A stretch of 64,000 bases of DNA from an uncultured Chloroflexia bacterium (GCA_963783495.1 CAWANT010000006.1:71799-135798); one strand, 5' to 3'; positions 40,017 to 51,515 are shown, numbered from the stretch's first letter. Numbers and translations: made by a program. Notes: a model not told the origin generated them from the sequence alone.

Positions 40017-41106
40017 ATGCGGGTCATCGGCCGGCGAACTTCACGCTTCATCGCCGTCGGCCTCGCAGCCGCGATGCTGCCCGCTTGCGCCTACCTCGCG
40101 ACGCCGAGCGCGTCGCCAAGCCAGGGTGCGATCGCCTCGGCCTCCGGGCGCGCGAGTCCCGAGCCCACGGAGCCCGCCGGGCATGTCGCCCGGGGCCTCG
40201 CGATCGTGCAGCCTCCGGACACGGATAGCCCTCTCACCGAGATCTTCGTCGTCCAGCGCAACGGTCGCCTGCGCCAGGTCACGGGCCTCGGCCAGGGGCA
40301 GTCGGTGGGTGGGGCAAGGCCGGTCTGGTCGCCGGATGGGGAGCGGATCGCCTTTGGGCCGTCCGTGCTCGGCAGCGGCGCCTTCCCGGCCGTGTGGGTC
40401 GTGAACGCGGACGGCACCGGCCAGCGCATGATCCAGCAGCTGGACGCGGAGGAGTTCAGCGCACCGTCCTGGTCGTCCAACGGCAAACGGCTGCTGTACA
40501 GCGACGCGACGCCGCCCGGGGACCGCCGGCTCTGGCTCGCCAACATCGTCACCAACGAGGTGCGGCGCATCGGCACCGGCGCCCTCCCGCGCTGGCTCCC
40601 TGACGGCAAGCGAATCAGCTACGTCGACGGCGTCGAGGGCCGGGTGCAGGGCTCCCCAACCGCCCTGACCCAGGTCGTCTACGTCATGGACCTTCAGGAC
40701 GGCCGTCCGCTGGAGTTCACCGAAGCGCAGGACGCCGTCTGGTCACCCGACGGCGCCACGGTGCTCATCCAGACCGAGGGCCGGCTGCTGTCAGCCAACG
40801 CCGACGGCTCCGATCCCCGGCAGGTGGCCGAAGGTGACCTGCCCGTCTGGTCGCCCGATGGGTCCCGCGTTCGCCTACCTGTCGGGAAACGACTCCGATG
40901 GCCGTTCACTGGTGGCGGTAATGGATCGCGACGGAATGCCGCTCTGGTCCGGCGTCGTCGGCTCGGCACCGGCCTGGTCTCCGGACGGGTCACGGTTGGC
41001 GGTCCAGGTCGACTATCCCGAGCGAGGTGGTCGTGGTGCTGGACGCGGAGACCGGCGAGGCATGCTGTGGGAGGCTCCCGGTTCGATGCCGGCCTGGCGC
41101 CCCTAG
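40017..41106 (+). CDS. TolB-like beta-propeller (PD40 repeat) lipoprotein; 2 frame breaks
   Basis: Start at MRVIGRRTSRFIAVGLAAAMLPAC (lipobox). Repeated WSPDGxRIAF / WSSNGKRLLY / WLPDGKRISY / WSPDGATV / WSPDGSR. Pieces lie in ORFs 39909..41582 and 40834..41106. Confidence 0.7.
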
Positions 41107-42004
41107 GCCGCCAGGGCGTAGATCCGGTCGCGGACCTCTTCGAGGTCGACCTCGGGCGTGGAGGTGCCGCCGGTGATGCCGATCCGCGCCTTGCCATCCA
41201 GCCACTCGGCGTAGTCCGCGGCGAGCTCATCGGCATCGGCGACGTGGATGGTGTCCTCGCAGATCTCGCGGCACTTGACCGCCAGCTCCTTGGTGTTCGA
41301 GGAGTTCTTGCCGCCGACCACCACCATGGCGTCGACCTCGGCCGCCAGCTTCACGCTGTCGTCCTGGCGCGTCAGGGTCACCGGGCAGACGGTGTTGACC
41401 ACGCGCAGGTCGTGGCATCGGCGCAGGCAGAAGGCGGCGAACTCCTCCAGCTTGTGCGGCAGGATGGTCGACTGCGACAGCACGCCCAGCTTCTTGGTGC
41501 GCGGCACGCGCTCCCAGGTGGACCGATCCATGTCGTCGACCACGACGTGCTTGTTCGCCGGCGTACGAGCGGACGCCCTTGACCTCCGGATGGTCCTCGT
41601 GGCCGATGATGCAGACCGTGTAGCCGGCCTCCGCCAGCTCGCGGGCGGCCTTCTGCGACTGCAGCACCCAGGTGCAGGTGGCGTCGATCACCTCCAGCTC
41701 GCCCGAGTCCTCGGCCTTGGCCGCGCAGCTTCTCCATCTCGGAGGCCGGGACGCCGTGGGCGCGGATGACCAGCGTGCCGCCCTCGACCTGGTCGGCCAG
41801 GTCGGCGGTGCGGATGCCGCGATCCGACAGGTCGGCCTTGATGCCCGGGTTGTGCACCAGCTGGCCGAGCGTGGTCACCTCCTGGCCCTGCTCGCGGGCG
41901 TGCTTGGCCTTGTCGATCGCCAGCCGCACGCCATAGCAGAAGCCGGCGCGCTCGGCGATGCGCACGTCGGGTCGGGTTCGTGCTGCGGTGGTCATCGGTT
42001 CCAT
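41103..42004 (-). CDS. ispH: 4-hydroxy-3-methylbut-2-enyl diphosphate reductase; 2-3 frame breaks
   Basis: GFCYGV, LGQLVHNP, IRAHGV, IDATCTWV, GHEDHPEV, NTVCPVT, VVGGKNSSNT and GITGGTSTP, across ORFs 41378..42004, 41227..41691 and 41103..41543. Confidence 0.9.
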
Positions 42005-42055
42005 TCTATCGGCGCGGCTCGATTTGGCCCGGGTCGGGCACTAGACTGACGCGCG

Positions 42056-42641
42056 GTGGCAGGTCCCCGGCGCGACCCGTACGCCATCCTGGGGATGCCG
42101 CGCGCTGCCAGCCGGAACGAGATCGCTGCCGCCTACCGGCGACTCGCCAAGGCGATCCATCCCGATGTGGCGACCGGCGCCGCGCCCGACATGCGGGACC
42201 TGAACTGGGCCTGGCACGTGCTGTCCGACCCCGCCCGCCGCGCCGATTGGGACGCGACCCACCCGGTGGGTGGCAGCCACTGGGGCACGTCGCGAACGGC
42301 ACCGCGCACGCTGGAGTCCGGCCGAGAACGCGGAGGTCGCCGCTGCCGCCTGGTCGGCCGGCGCCGGCATGGACCGATGCGCCGGACGCGCCTGGGCGCC
42401 GCAAGCGCCTTCGGCTGCATCGGGCTCCTGGTGATCGGCGGTCCTGCTGGTCGTCCTCGTCCTGATCGCCGCGCTCTACTCGACGGTCCCGGACCCGGTC
42501 AGCGATCCGGTGGACCAGGAAGCCGCAGGCGAGCGGGGCGCCATAGCCGCTCCCTCCGCGATCGCGTCCGCCGGCGGCCCCCTGGGTCGCCCCATCGCCC
42601 ACGCTGCTCCGGCGGCAGCAGGGCGGCGATCGCCCGCATGA
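42056..42641 (+). CDS. J-domain (DnaJ-like) protein with predicted TM segment; C-terminal half uncertain
   Basis: DPYAILGMPRAASRNEIAAAYRRLAKAIHPDV...LNWAWHVLSDPARRADWD. After a frame change comes a TM LLVVLVLIAALY and a stop at 42639-42641. It overlaps the convergent plsC ORF, so one of the two ends is wrong. Confidence 0.55.
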
Positions 42642-43239
42642 TGCGTGTCCGTGCCCGCCCGCAGCGCGGCCCGATCGAGGCCATCGGCGCTGCACCGGCA
42701 GGCGAGAACACTGGGCCGATCCGGATCGTGACCTTCGACCGCCGTGGGATGAGGCGGCGGCCCGCGGAAGATGTGCTGCGTGCCGGCCACGCCGACCGGC
42801 ACGATCGGCACGCCGGTGCGCATGGCCAGCAGCGCCGCGCCGGCGCGTCCCTCGCGCCAGCATGCCCGTCGCGGCTGCGCGTACCCTCCGGGAAGAGGCC
42901 CAGCGCCCCACCCTGCTCCAGGGCGGCCAGCGCGATGCGCTGCGCCGGCCGATCGCCCGCGCCGCGGCGCACGAAGATGACGCCGGCGTCGCGCGCCAGC
43001 CAGCCGGCGACCGGCCAGCTGCGCATCTCCTCCTTGGCCATGAAGTGGACGATGCGCCCGCTGCGGTGCCCCACCGCCCAGCCGACGGTCGGCGGGTCCA
43101 GGTTCGAGCAGTGGTTGGCGACCACCAGCATCGGGCCGGTGCGCGGGACGTGCTCCAGCCCCTCGACCCGTGCCGGGCCGACCAGCCACAGCAGCCAGCT
43201 GGTGACCACCGCGCCGGGATGGAAGACCCAGGTCCCCAT
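42499..43239 (-). CDS. plsC: 1-acyl-sn-glycerol-3-phosphate acyltransferase; 2 frame breaks, 3' end maximal
   Basis: The ATG at 43237-43239 starts MGTWVFHPG.... HxxxxD box VVANHCSNLD, then FPEGTRS and a segment GVPIVPVGVAGT in ORF 42476..43189. Confidence 0.8.
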   Translation of the reverse strand: MGTWVFHPGAVVTSWLLWLVGPARVEGLEHVPRTGPMLVVANHCSNLDPPTVGWAVGHRSGRIVHFMAKEEMRSWPVAGWLARDAGVIFVRRGAGDRPAQRIALAALEQGGALGLFPEGTRSRDGHAGARDAPARRCWPCAPACRSCRSAWPARSTSSAGRRLIPRRSKVTIRIGPVFSPAGAAPMASIGPRCGRARTRIMRAIAALLPPEQRGRWGDPGGRRRTRSRRERLWRPARLRLPGPPDR

Positions 43240-43975
43240 CAGTCCTGGACCGATGCGGCCGCTGCCGCGGCGATCAGCGGCCCGCGCGGGCAGGTGCTGG
43301 ATGATCTCGTCGACCGATGCGTCCACGCTCAGCTCGCCGGTGTCGATCACCAGCGCATCGTGCGCCTTGCGCAGCGGGGCCACCGCGCCGCTGCGAGTCG
43401 GCGGCGTCGCGCTCCTCGATCTCGTGCAGGTAGCGCTCGAATCGGTCCTGGCGTCCCATCTCGGAGGCGCGGCGCGCGGCCCTGACCGCGGCGCTGGCGG
43501 TCAGGAAGACCTTGAGCGTGGCGTCTGGCAGCACCACCGTGCCGATGTCGCGGCCGACCATGACCGTGTCCCGCCGGCGCGCCTCGCGGCGCTGCAGGCG
43601 GAGCATGGCGCGGCGCACCGGCGCATGGCGGCTGACGGCGCTCACCGCCCGATCGACCCGGGGCGTGCGCGCCTCGTTGGTCACGTCGCGCCCGTCGAGC
43701 AGCACCGTCTCGCGCCGACCCTCCTGGTCGGGACGGGGCCGCTCGACCTCGATCGTCACCTCCTTCGCCAGCCGGCCCAGCGCCTCGCCGTCATCCGGCG
43801 AGACGCCAGCGCTCCAGCGCCGCCAGGGTCAGCGCCCGATACATGAGCCCGGTATCGACGAAGGTGGCGTCGATACGCTGCGCCAGCGCGTACCCGATCG
43901 TGCTCTTGCCGGAGCCGGACGGCCCGTCGATGGCCACCGCCAGCGGCCCGTCCGTTTCGTCGCCGGCGCGGTCGC
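43239..43975 (-). CDS. cmk: Cytidylate kinase; 2-3 frame breaks, 5' end approximate
   Basis: AIDGPSGSGKSTIG, FVDTGLMYRALT, VMVGRDIGTVVLPDA, KVFLTAS and APLRKAHDALVIDT. The TGA at 43239-43241 in a shifted frame overlaps the plsC ATG. Confidence 0.85.
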
Positions 43976-44747
43976 CGCTCGCGCGGCGGTCCGGGTGCCT
44001 GGCCCGACCAGCCGTCGCACCTCGGTCGCGGTGAGCGGCCGCCACTCACCGAGGCCCAGGCCGCGGATGGTGAGCGGGCCCAGGCGGACGCGCACCAGCC
44101 GGCGTGACCCGCAGCCCCACCGCCGCGAAGAGGCGCCGCACCTCGCGCTTGCGCCCCTCGCCGACCCGCACGCGCAGCCAGTCGCCGGTCTCGCCGGGCT
44201 CGCGCGCCACTTCCCGGGGTGGCGCCGCGGAGCGGGCGGTGAGCAGGCGCGCCGGCCCGTCTTCCAGCTGGACGCCGTCCAGCAGCGCCACCAGCTCGTC
44301 CGGATGCGGGGCGCGCTCCAGCAGCACCGCGTACTCGCGCTCCATGGCGTAGCGGGGATGCAGCAGGCGATTGGCCCACGCGCCGTCGTTGGTGAGCACC
44401 ATCAGCCCCTCCGAATCGACATCCAGCCGACCGGCGGGCCACAGGCGGGCGCCGGAGGCGACCTCGGTACCGTCCAGCAGGCGCACGACGCTCTGCCTCC
44501 CGCGCTCGTCCTGCGACGACGAGACGTAGCCGCGCGGCTTGTGGACGGCGACGTGGATGGCTGCCTCCGCCTGCCCGATGGGTCGGCCGTCAACCGCGAT
44601 CGCGTCGGACTCGGCGTCCGCCGACTGGCCGAGCTGCGCCACTCGGCCGTTGACCGTCACCCGCCCGTCGCGGATCAGCGTCTCGGCGCCGCGGCGGGAG
44701 GCCACCCCGGCACGCGCGAGCGTCTTCTGGAGGCGCTCAGCCGGCAT
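43976..44747 (-). CDS. rluB: 23S rRNA pseudouridine synthase (RsuA/RluB family); 1-2 frame breaks, 3' end approximate
   Basis: S4 domain RLQKTLARAGVASRRGAETLIRDGRVTVNG, catalytic GRLDVDSEGLMVLTNDG, and EREYAVLL. The C-terminus LVRVRLGPLTIRGLGLGEWRPLT is in ORF 43829..44095. Confidence 0.8.
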
Positions 44748-45327
44748 CCGCCGGCTCGCCCGGCAGCGCCTCGGCGGCAACGTCGTCCAGCCCGGTCAGC
44801 GCCGTCAGGGCCGCCGCCTCACTGGTGAGCGGCGGCAGGTCGTCCAGCGAGGTGAGCCCGAAGCGCTCCAGGAAGGTGAAGGTGGTGCCCAGCAGAATCG
44901 GGCGGCCGGGCGTGTCACGCCGGCCGATCTCGGCGATCAGGCGCCGATGCAGGAGCGAGCGCACGACGTAGTCCGAATCCACGCCCCGCACCCGATCGAT
45001 GTCGGCCCGCGTGCAGGGCTGGCGGTAGGCGACGACCGCCAGCGCCTCGAGCGCGGCTGGCGTCAGCCGCGTCTCCTGGCGTGCGGCATACGCCGCCAGC
45101 CGGCTGCCGAGCTCGGGCGCGGTGACCAGCTGCCACTCCTCGTCCATGCGCTGCAGGCGCAGCCCGCGGCCGTCGTCCCCCAGCCGCTGCCCCAGCTCAG
45201 CGAGGGCGGCCTCGACCTGCAGGCGCGGCACTTCGGCCAGCTCCGCCAGCTCGCCGGTCGCCAGCGGTCGCTCGGCGATGAAGAGCAGCGCCTCGAAGTA
45301 GGCGGCCAGATCGTGCGGGTCGCTCAT
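44737..45327 (-). CDS. scpB: Segregation and condensation protein B
   Basis: Uninterrupted 196 codons from MSDPHDLAAYFEALLFIAERP. Contains LEALAVVAYRQPCTRADIDRVRGVDSDYVVRSLLHRRLI and GRPILLGTT. Confidence 0.88.
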   Translation of the reverse strand: MSDPHDLAAYFEALLFIAERPLATGELAELAEVPRLQVEAALAELGQRLGDDGRGLRLQRMDEEWQLVTAPELGSRLAAYAARQETRLTPAALEALAVVAYRQPCTRADIDRVRGVDSDYVVRSLLHRRLIAEIGRRDTPGRPILLGTTFTFLERFGLTSLDDLPPLTSEAAALTALTGLDDVAAEALPGEPADAG

Positions 45328-46080
45328 GGCGCGGTCCCGGTGCATGGAACGCAGCACGATCGGTCCGAACAGCTCGTCCTGCTGCACCGTGGCCTGACGG
45401 CGCCGCACCAGCTCCAGCATGGCGAGCACCGTGACCGCGATCTCGGTGCGGCTCTGGCAGCCGGCCAGGACCCGCTGCAGGACGACCTGCCCGGCGCGGC
45501 CCATGGCGCCGCGCAGCGTCGCGATCTGCATGGCGATCGTCACCTCACGCGGCACGACCTGCGGCGGTGCCGGCGGCCGGCTCGGGGATGGCCGCCAGGC
45601 GCTCCAGGGCCTCAGACAGGAGGAAGGCAGGCATGGGCTCCGCCCTGGCCTCCGGCAGGTCGGCCTCGCGCGGCTCGCGGCGGTAGGCGGGGCGGACCAT
45701 GTCCCACTCGCCGAGCACCCGCGAGGCATCACGCAGCGCCCGGTACTCGACCAGGCGCCGGCGCAGCTCGTCCTCATCGGGCTCGTCCTCGGCCACCAGG
45801 CCGGCGGGCATCGCATCGCCGGGCAGCAGCCGCCGCGACTTGAGCAGGATCAGCTGGGAGGCGATCCGCCACGAAGTCGGCCAGCTCGTCGGCCGGCACC
45901 GGATGGTTGGCCAGGTGCTGGACGTACGCATCGGCCATCTCCGCCAGCGGCACGGTCAGCACGTCCAGCTGGCGCGACTCGATCAGCTGCAGCAGCAGGT
46001 CGAGCGGGCCGGCGAAGACCTGCCAGCTGCAGCTCGAACGGCTGCGGCTCGACCTCGATCGGGATCGGCTCGAGTGGCAT
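45328..46080 (-). CDS. scpA: Segregation and condensation protein A; 3 frame breaks, stop not resolved
   Basis: FAGPLDLLLQLIESRQLDV..., ADFVAIASQLILLKSRRLLP and the C-terminus EIAVTVLAMLELVRRRQATVQQDELFGPI. As sequenced it runs in frame into scpB. Confidence 0.8.
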
Positions 46081-46085
46081 CGCGC

Positions 46086-46570
46086 TCAGGATGCCTCGTC
46101 GGCGGAGACGAAGGCGGCCGCCAGCGACGCGTCGGCCCCGTCGGCGTCCCGCGGATGAAGGCCACCGTACGCGGGGAGCAGCCGGCCGCGGCCGCCGCAT
46201 CGGCCGAAAGGTCGGCGTGATGGAGGTACAGGTGGAACGGGTAGCGCCACGATCCAGGGTCCGGCGAGGCAAGGCGTTCCAGCTGGGCGGCGCCACCGCC
46301 TCGAGCAGCACGCCCGCCACCCGGTGCCAGAGGCGCATGCGATGGCCCTTGCCCGCATCGTGCAGCAGCGCGGCCGCCAGCAGGTCGCGGATCGTCATGG
46401 CCGGCGACCATGCAGGCGGCCCACCACGTCGAGCGCGTGGCGGCGGTCGGCGACCGGCATGGCCGCGAACAGGGGCCACGCCGATCCGGCAGCAGGCTGC
46501 GGGCCGTCGCTGTTTCGGCCGGCGTGACGCTGGCGCGGACATGCCCCAGGAACTGCTCGACGCGGTGCAT
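46086..46570 (-). CDS. HD-domain phosphohydrolase-like protein; 3 or more frame breaks
   Basis: MHRVEQFLGHV..., RRHALDV and LLAAALLHDAGKG, stitched from ORFs 45983..46570, 46395..48764 (tail), 45850..46542 and 46086..46358. Confidence 0.6.
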
Positions 46571-46582
46571 GGCGACCAGGCC

Positions 46583-47216
46583 CTAGATGCCGGTCAGCAC
46601 GGCGGTGATGGTGCTCGCCGCCGACGAAGAGCCAACCCAGCGGATCCAGCCCGCCGGCTCCCATCTGCGGCAGCAGGACCAGCAGCAGCAGGACGATCAC
46701 CCCGTACGGTCGCGTAGCGCTGCACCGTGGAGGCGATGTTGGGGGGCAGGAACGGCAGCACCAGGTTGTAGCCGTCCAGCGGCGGGATGGGCAGCAGGTT
46801 GAAGAGCGCCAGGATGACGTTGAAATGGACGATGGCGAACAGCAGCTGCCAGACGAAATCGGACGGGCCGTCCGCGACGCCGGCCAGCACCACGCCCCGG
46901 AAGGCGACCGCCGCCACCGAGGCAACGACCAGGTTGGCCAGCGGGCCGGCGGCAGCGACGTACGACATGCCGATAGCGGCCGGGACGCAGGGCATAGGGA
47001 TTGACCTGGACCGGCTTGCCCCAGCCGAAGCCGGCGATGCAGGAAGAAGATGGCGCCAATCGGATCGATGTGATCGGTCGGGTTGAGGCTGACCCGACCC
47101 ATGGCGCGGGGCCGATGGTCGCCCAGCTGATCGGCAACGTAGGCGTGCATGAACTCGTGGAAGGTGATGCCCACCACCAGCGCCACCAGCAGCCCGAGCA
47201 GCTGGGCGACATCCAT
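46583..47216 (-). CDS. Site-2 protease family (M50B-like) membrane metalloprotease; 3 frame breaks
   Basis: FHEFMHAY (HExxH), RVSLNPTDHIDPIGAIFF, GFGWGKPVQVNP and ALFNLLPIPPLDGYN. Start ATG 47214-47216, stop 46583-46585. Confidence 0.75.
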
Positions 47217-47232
47217 GTCAGCCGAACAGCAT

Positions 47233-48123
47233 CTAGACCAGCTCCGGCAAGCAGCTCGCGCAGCACGCTGACCAGCCGAGCCGCGCCGATCGGGCCCATG
47301 GCCAGCACTTCCTCGTGGGTCACCTCGCCCACCATGTCCGGCGTGGCCTTGTTGGTGACCAGGCTGAAGCCCAGCACCCGCACGCCCATGTGGCGCGCCA
47401 CCAGCAGCTCGTGCACGGTCGACATGCCGACGGCATCGGCGCCCAGGGTGCGCAGCATGCGCAGCTCGGCGCGAGTCTCGTAGGCCGGGCCCGGACAGCA
47501 TCAGGTAGACGCCTTCGCGCAGGGCGATCCCCGCCCGATCGCCGGCGGCACGGGCGCGTGCGCGCAGCCCCTCGTCCCAGGCGTCGGCCATGGCCACGAA
47601 GCGCGGTCCGAAGCGGTCGAGGTTCGGGCCAAGCAGCGGGTTCTCGCCGGACAGGTTGATGGTGTCGCTGATGATCATCACGTCGCCGGGATCGAACTCG
47701 GGGTTCACGCCGCCGGATGCGTTGGTGAGCACCAGCGTCTCGATCCCCAGCGACAGCACCGCCCGCAGCAGCAGGGTCGACTGGCGGTGGCTCCAGCCCT
47801 CGTAGGGGTGGGCGCGCCCGGACAGGATCGCCACGGTGGCCCCCGCCGCCCGGCCGATCACCAGCTCGCCGGCGTGCCCCTCCACCTCCGAGCCGGGCAC
47901 GTGCGGAATCTCGCGATACGGGATGGTCAGGCGGTGATCGGGTTCCAGCAGGTCCACCACGCCGCCCAGCCCGGAGCCCAGCACGAATGCCAGCCGTGGC
48001 ATCGCGAGCTCCGGCTCACCGGCCAGCCGCGTCTCGGATGACGTCGGCGGCCTCGTCGATGCGGTGCTCAAGCTCCGCACCGTAGAGCCCGTCGGGCAGC
48101 GCGCCCCGGCGGACCGGCTCCAC
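47233..48123 (-). CDS. Purine nucleoside phosphorylase (PNP/MTAP family, PunA-like); 2-3 frame breaks
   Basis: VLGSGLGG, SGRAHPYEG, LTNASGGVNP, GPAYETRAE-type junction and GADAVGMSTVHE. The GTG at 48121-48123 abuts the upstream gene's stop. Confidence 0.85.
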
Positions 48124-48930
48124 CTACAGCCGCTCCAGCAGCTCGCGCTTCTTCGCCTCGTACTCCTCGGGCGTGATGAGGCCCTTGTCGCGCAGCCCGG
48201 CAAGGCTCTCCAGCCTGGCGGCCACATCGCTCGACCCGCCACCGGCCGCCGCCGCGACCGCCGGAGCTGCGGGCGGCACCGGGGCAGGCGAGGGCGCTGA
48301 CGCGGCGTCGGTTCGCACCTCGGACACCTGGGAGGAGCCGGCGCGCGGCGCCATCGGCTCAGCCCGCTGCATGCTCGGGCGGCGGGTCCCTGCCGCTGGG
48401 CGGGAGGCGGCGCCAGGTCCGGGAACTCCAGGCGCTCCTTCTGGTTCAGCATCGCGACCTTGAACTTCACCGGCTCGGCCAGCATCGGGAAGTCGTTGAC
48501 CATGCCGGCCTCGGCCATTTCGGAGGCGGTCATGATGTCGAGGTTGCCGTAGTCGAAGATGCGGCCCAGCCAGCTCTGGGTCAGGCGGGCGTCGTTCACC
48601 TTCTCCAGGCTTGAGTCGCCCATCTGCTTGTTGAAGATGCCCTCCGCCTTGATCACGCGGCGGGTCGTGATCAGGTACTCCTGGTTGCGCCAGGACCAGA
48701 TCTTGAGGCCCATGAAGGCCAGCGAGACGATCAGCAGCGACCAGCGACACGACCTGCACGCCACCCTCGATGGAGCCGAGATCGCTGGAGGTGGCCCAGA
48801 TCAGGACCGCGAGCACCAGGATGGCGCCGATCACGAACAGCCAGGTCTGGCCCAGGATCGCCAGCCAGTGCTGGCGGCTCTCGAAGACGACCTCCTCGCC
48901 ACGGCTCAGGAGGTTCCTCGCATACGACAT
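48124..48930 (-). CDS. Membrane bPH_2 (YdbT-like PH) domain protein with C-terminal SHOCT domain; 2 frame breaks
   Basis: LLSRGEEVVFESRQHW, two TM segments, WRNQEYLITTRRVIKAEGIFNK, and a SHOCT tail LAGLRDKGLITPEEYEAKKRELLERL. Confidence 0.7.
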   Translation of the reverse strand: MSYARNLLSRGEEVVFESRQHWLAILGQTWLFVIGAILVLAVLIWATSSDLGSIEGGVQVVSLVAADRLAGLHGPQDLVLAQPGVPDHDPPRDQGGGHLQQADGRLKPGEGERRPPDPELAGPHLRLRQPRHHDRLRNGRGRHGQRLPDAGRAGEVQGRDAEPEGAPGVPGPGAASRPAAGTRRPSMQRAEPMAPRAGSSQVSEVRTDAASAPSPAPVPPAAPAVAAAAGGGSSDVAARLESLAGLRDKGLITPEEYEAKKRELLERL

Positions 48931-48946
48931 GGGGGCTTGCTCCGTC

Positions 48947-49837
48947 TCAGGCTCTCGGGTGCGCCCTCGCGTAGACCTCGCGAAGGCGCTCGCCGGTCAG
49001 GTGCGTGTAGAGCTGGGTGGTGCTGATGCTAGCATGGCCAAGGAGCGTCTGGACCACCCGCAGATCGGCGCCGCCCTCCAGCAGATGGGTCGCGAAGCTG
49101 TGCCGAAACGTGTGCGGCGTGACGTGCCCCACCACCCCGGCCGCTTCCGTCCAGCGCCGCACCATGCGCCAGACCGATTCGCGCGTCAGCCGTCGACCGC
49201 GCTGGCTGACGAAGACCGCCGCCGTCGGTTTGCCGGCCGTCCATGTCGCGCGCGGACCGCTCAGGTACCGATGCATTCGCTCTCGCGCCGGCTCCCCCAT
49301 CGGCACCCGCCGTTCACGGTTGCCCTTGCCGATGACGCGGACCTGCAGGCCGTCAAGGTCGAGCCGATCGGTGTCCAGACCGGTCAGCTCGCTCACCCGC
49401 AGCCCGCAGGCGTAGAGCAGCTCCAGGATGGCGGCATCGCGGATGCCCACAGCGTCCTCCGGTGGCGCATTCAGGATCCGCTCCACCTCGTCCGGATCCA
49501 GCACGTCGGGCAGGTAGCTGCCCGGCCGCGGGCTGTCGAGCAGGGCGCCAACGTCACGATGGGCGATCCCCTCGCGCAGCGCGAAGCCATAGAAGCTGCG
49601 GATGGCGGCCACCTTGCGCGCCTGGGTGCTTGGCCGCAGCCCGTCGCGTCGTAGCCCGTTCACGAAGCTGCGGACCGGCTCAGGGTCGGCGCGCCACGAG
49701 GTGCCGGCCACCGCAGCGAACTGCCCAAGGTCGCGCCGGTAGGCGGCAATGGTCAGCGGGGAGAGGCCCCGCTCGACCTGCAGCTCCAGCAGGAAGGCGT
49801 CAATCGCGCCGATCAGGGCGGGATCGGAGCTCGTCAC
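48947..49837 (-). CDS. xerD: Tyrosine recombinase XerD-type
   Basis: Uninterrupted 296 codons from GTG 49835-49837, which overlaps the recN stop (GTGA). Contains ACGLRVSEL, HTFRHSFATHLL and LLGHASISTTQLYTH. Its position next to recN matches actinobacterial xerD. Confidence 0.85.
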   Translation of the reverse strand: MTSSDPALIGAIDAFLLELQVERGLSPLTIAAYRRDLGQFAAVAGTSWRADPEPVRSFVNGLRRDGLRPSTQARKVAAIRSFYGFALREGIAHRDVGALLDSPRPGSYLPDVLDPDEVERILNAPPEDAVGIRDAAILELLYACGLRVSELTGLDTDRLDLDGLQVRVIGKGNRERRVPMGEPARERMHRYLSGPRATWTAGKPTAAVFVSQRGRRLTRESVWRMVRRWTEAAGVVGHVTPHTFRHSFATHLLEGGADLRVVQTLLGHASISTTQLYTHLTGERLREVYARAHPRA

Positions 49838-51494
49838 CCGGCGGCGGCACGCAGCAGCGCATCCGCCGCTGCCCGCGCCTCGTCGCCCGCCCCTTCGCCG
49901 GCCAGCATCGCGGCCAGCTCGGTCGCTCGCGCCTCGGCCTGCAGCACCGACGCCTTGGCCACGGTCCGGCCGCCCACCACTCGCTTGCCCACGTGGACAT
50001 GCACGTCGGCGAAGGCGGCGACCTGCGCGAGGTGCGTGACGCACAGCACCTGGTGGAATCGGGCCAGGTCGCGCAGCCGTTCGCCCAGTGCCGTGCGCGT
50101 GCCGGCCGCCGATCCCGGCGTCGACCTCGTCGAACACCAGCACCGGCGTCTCGTCGGCGCCGGCCAGGACCACCTTCAGCGCCAGCGAGAGGCGGCTCGC
50201 CTCGCCGCCCGACGCGATCCGCCCCAGCGGCCGCGGCGGCTCACCGGGGTTCGGGGCGAAGGTGAACGTGATCCGATCCGTCCCACTGGGCCCAACCTCC
50301 CCGGCCTCGACGGTCACGTCGAAGGCGCCACCCGGCAGGCCCAGCGCCGGCAGCTCGCCGTTCACCCGCCTTGCCAGCACCTTTGCTGCCGACCGTCGTT
50401 CGCGGCCCAGGGCGGCGGCGGCCTTCTCCAGCTCGCGGCGCTGGCGCGCCTCATCAGCCCGCAACTGCTCCCGAATGGTGTCCTGTTGCTCGAGCCGTTC
50501 CAGTTCTGCCGCCGATTGCTCGCCGAACTCCGTGACGCCCGCGAGCGTCTCCCCGTACTTGCGCTTCAGGTCGTAGAGCAGCGCCAGCCGCTCCTCGGCA
50601 GCAGCGCGCGCGGCCGGTTCGAGGTCCAGGCCCTCGCCGAGGTCGGCCACGTCACGGGCCAGCTCCACGGCCTCGGCCTCCAGCGAGACGGCGCGATCGG
50701 CCAGCGACGCGAAGCGCTCGTCCAGGGCAGCCGCCTGCGCCAGCTCGGCCCGCGCGGTGGCCAGCGCATCCAGCCCGGCGGACTCGTCGCGCAGGGCGCG
50801 GACAGCGACATCGGCCGCGCGCGCGATCGCCTCGGCATGGGTCGCAGCACGCAGCTGGCGCTCCAGGGCCTCGTCCTCACCCGTCTGCACCACCGCGGCC
50901 GTGATCTCGTCGACCTGGTGACGCAGCAGCTCCACCCGGCGCGCGAGCTCGTGCTCGTCGGTGAGCATCTCGGCGGCCTGGGCCACGGTCCCGCGCCAGG
51001 CGCGATGCGCCACGCCCACCTCCGCGACGCGACCCTCCAGCTCCCCGAAACGATCCAGCAGAGCCAGCTGCCGATCAGCGGTCAGCAGGCGCTGCTGCTC
51101 ATGCTGCCCATGAATCTCGGCCAGGCGCCCGCCCAGCGTCGCCAGCCCACCGACCGTGACGCTGCGGTCATTGACGCGCACCACGGAGCGGCCATCCGCG
51201 CCCACCTCGCGCCGGATGATGGCCATCCCCTCGCCGGCGGCGAGCACGTCGGCCAGCGGATCGTCGTCATCGGCAGGGACATCGGTGAAGACCGCTTCGA
51301 CGCGCGCGGCATCGGCACCGGACCGCACCTGGTCGGTGGCCGCACGAGCGCCGAGGGCCAGCGCCAGCGCGTCGACGACCAACGACTTGCCCGCCCCGGT
51401 CTCGCCGGTGAGCACCGTGAATCCGCGGCGAGAGCGGCAGCCGGACGCGCTCGATGACGGCCAGGTTTTCGACGGTGAGCTCGGTCAGCGACAT
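49834..51494 (-). CDS. recN: DNA repair protein RecN; 2 frame breaks
   Basis: LTGETGAGKS, a long coiled-coil, ASGGEASRLSLAL and VLVFDEVDAGIGG. The C-terminus QVLCVTHLAQVAAFAD is in ORF 49834..50049. Breaks near 51425 and 50095. Confidence 0.92.
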
Positions 51495-51515
51495 CGGGCC
51501 ATCAGGATGCGCCCT

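Noticed and set aside
42499-43383. Apparent in-frame gene fusions: cmk-plsC here, scpA-scpB (44737..45816), ABC ATPase-permease (30345..32096), ACAD-etfB (about 15383) and DUF360-TIGR01906 (25689..26024).
   Set aside because: In most cases a stop codon in the adjacent frame recreates the canonical overlapping stop/start (TGATG, ATGA). The window is also riddled with +/-1 breaks. These are most likely indel artefacts rather than novel multidomain proteins; only moaC-mogA looks genuine.
48947-49837. A tyrosine recombinase, plus 'baseplate J-like' (60544..62190) and 'holin family 4-like' (25919..26293) genes, as evidence for a prophage or integrative element.
   Set aside because: The recombinase has XerD-type motifs and sits in the conserved recN-xerD housekeeping context, with a GTGA overlap to recN. 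The other two are isolated and embedded in core-gene operons. No capsid, terminase, tail, integrase-attachment repeats or other phage genes are present.
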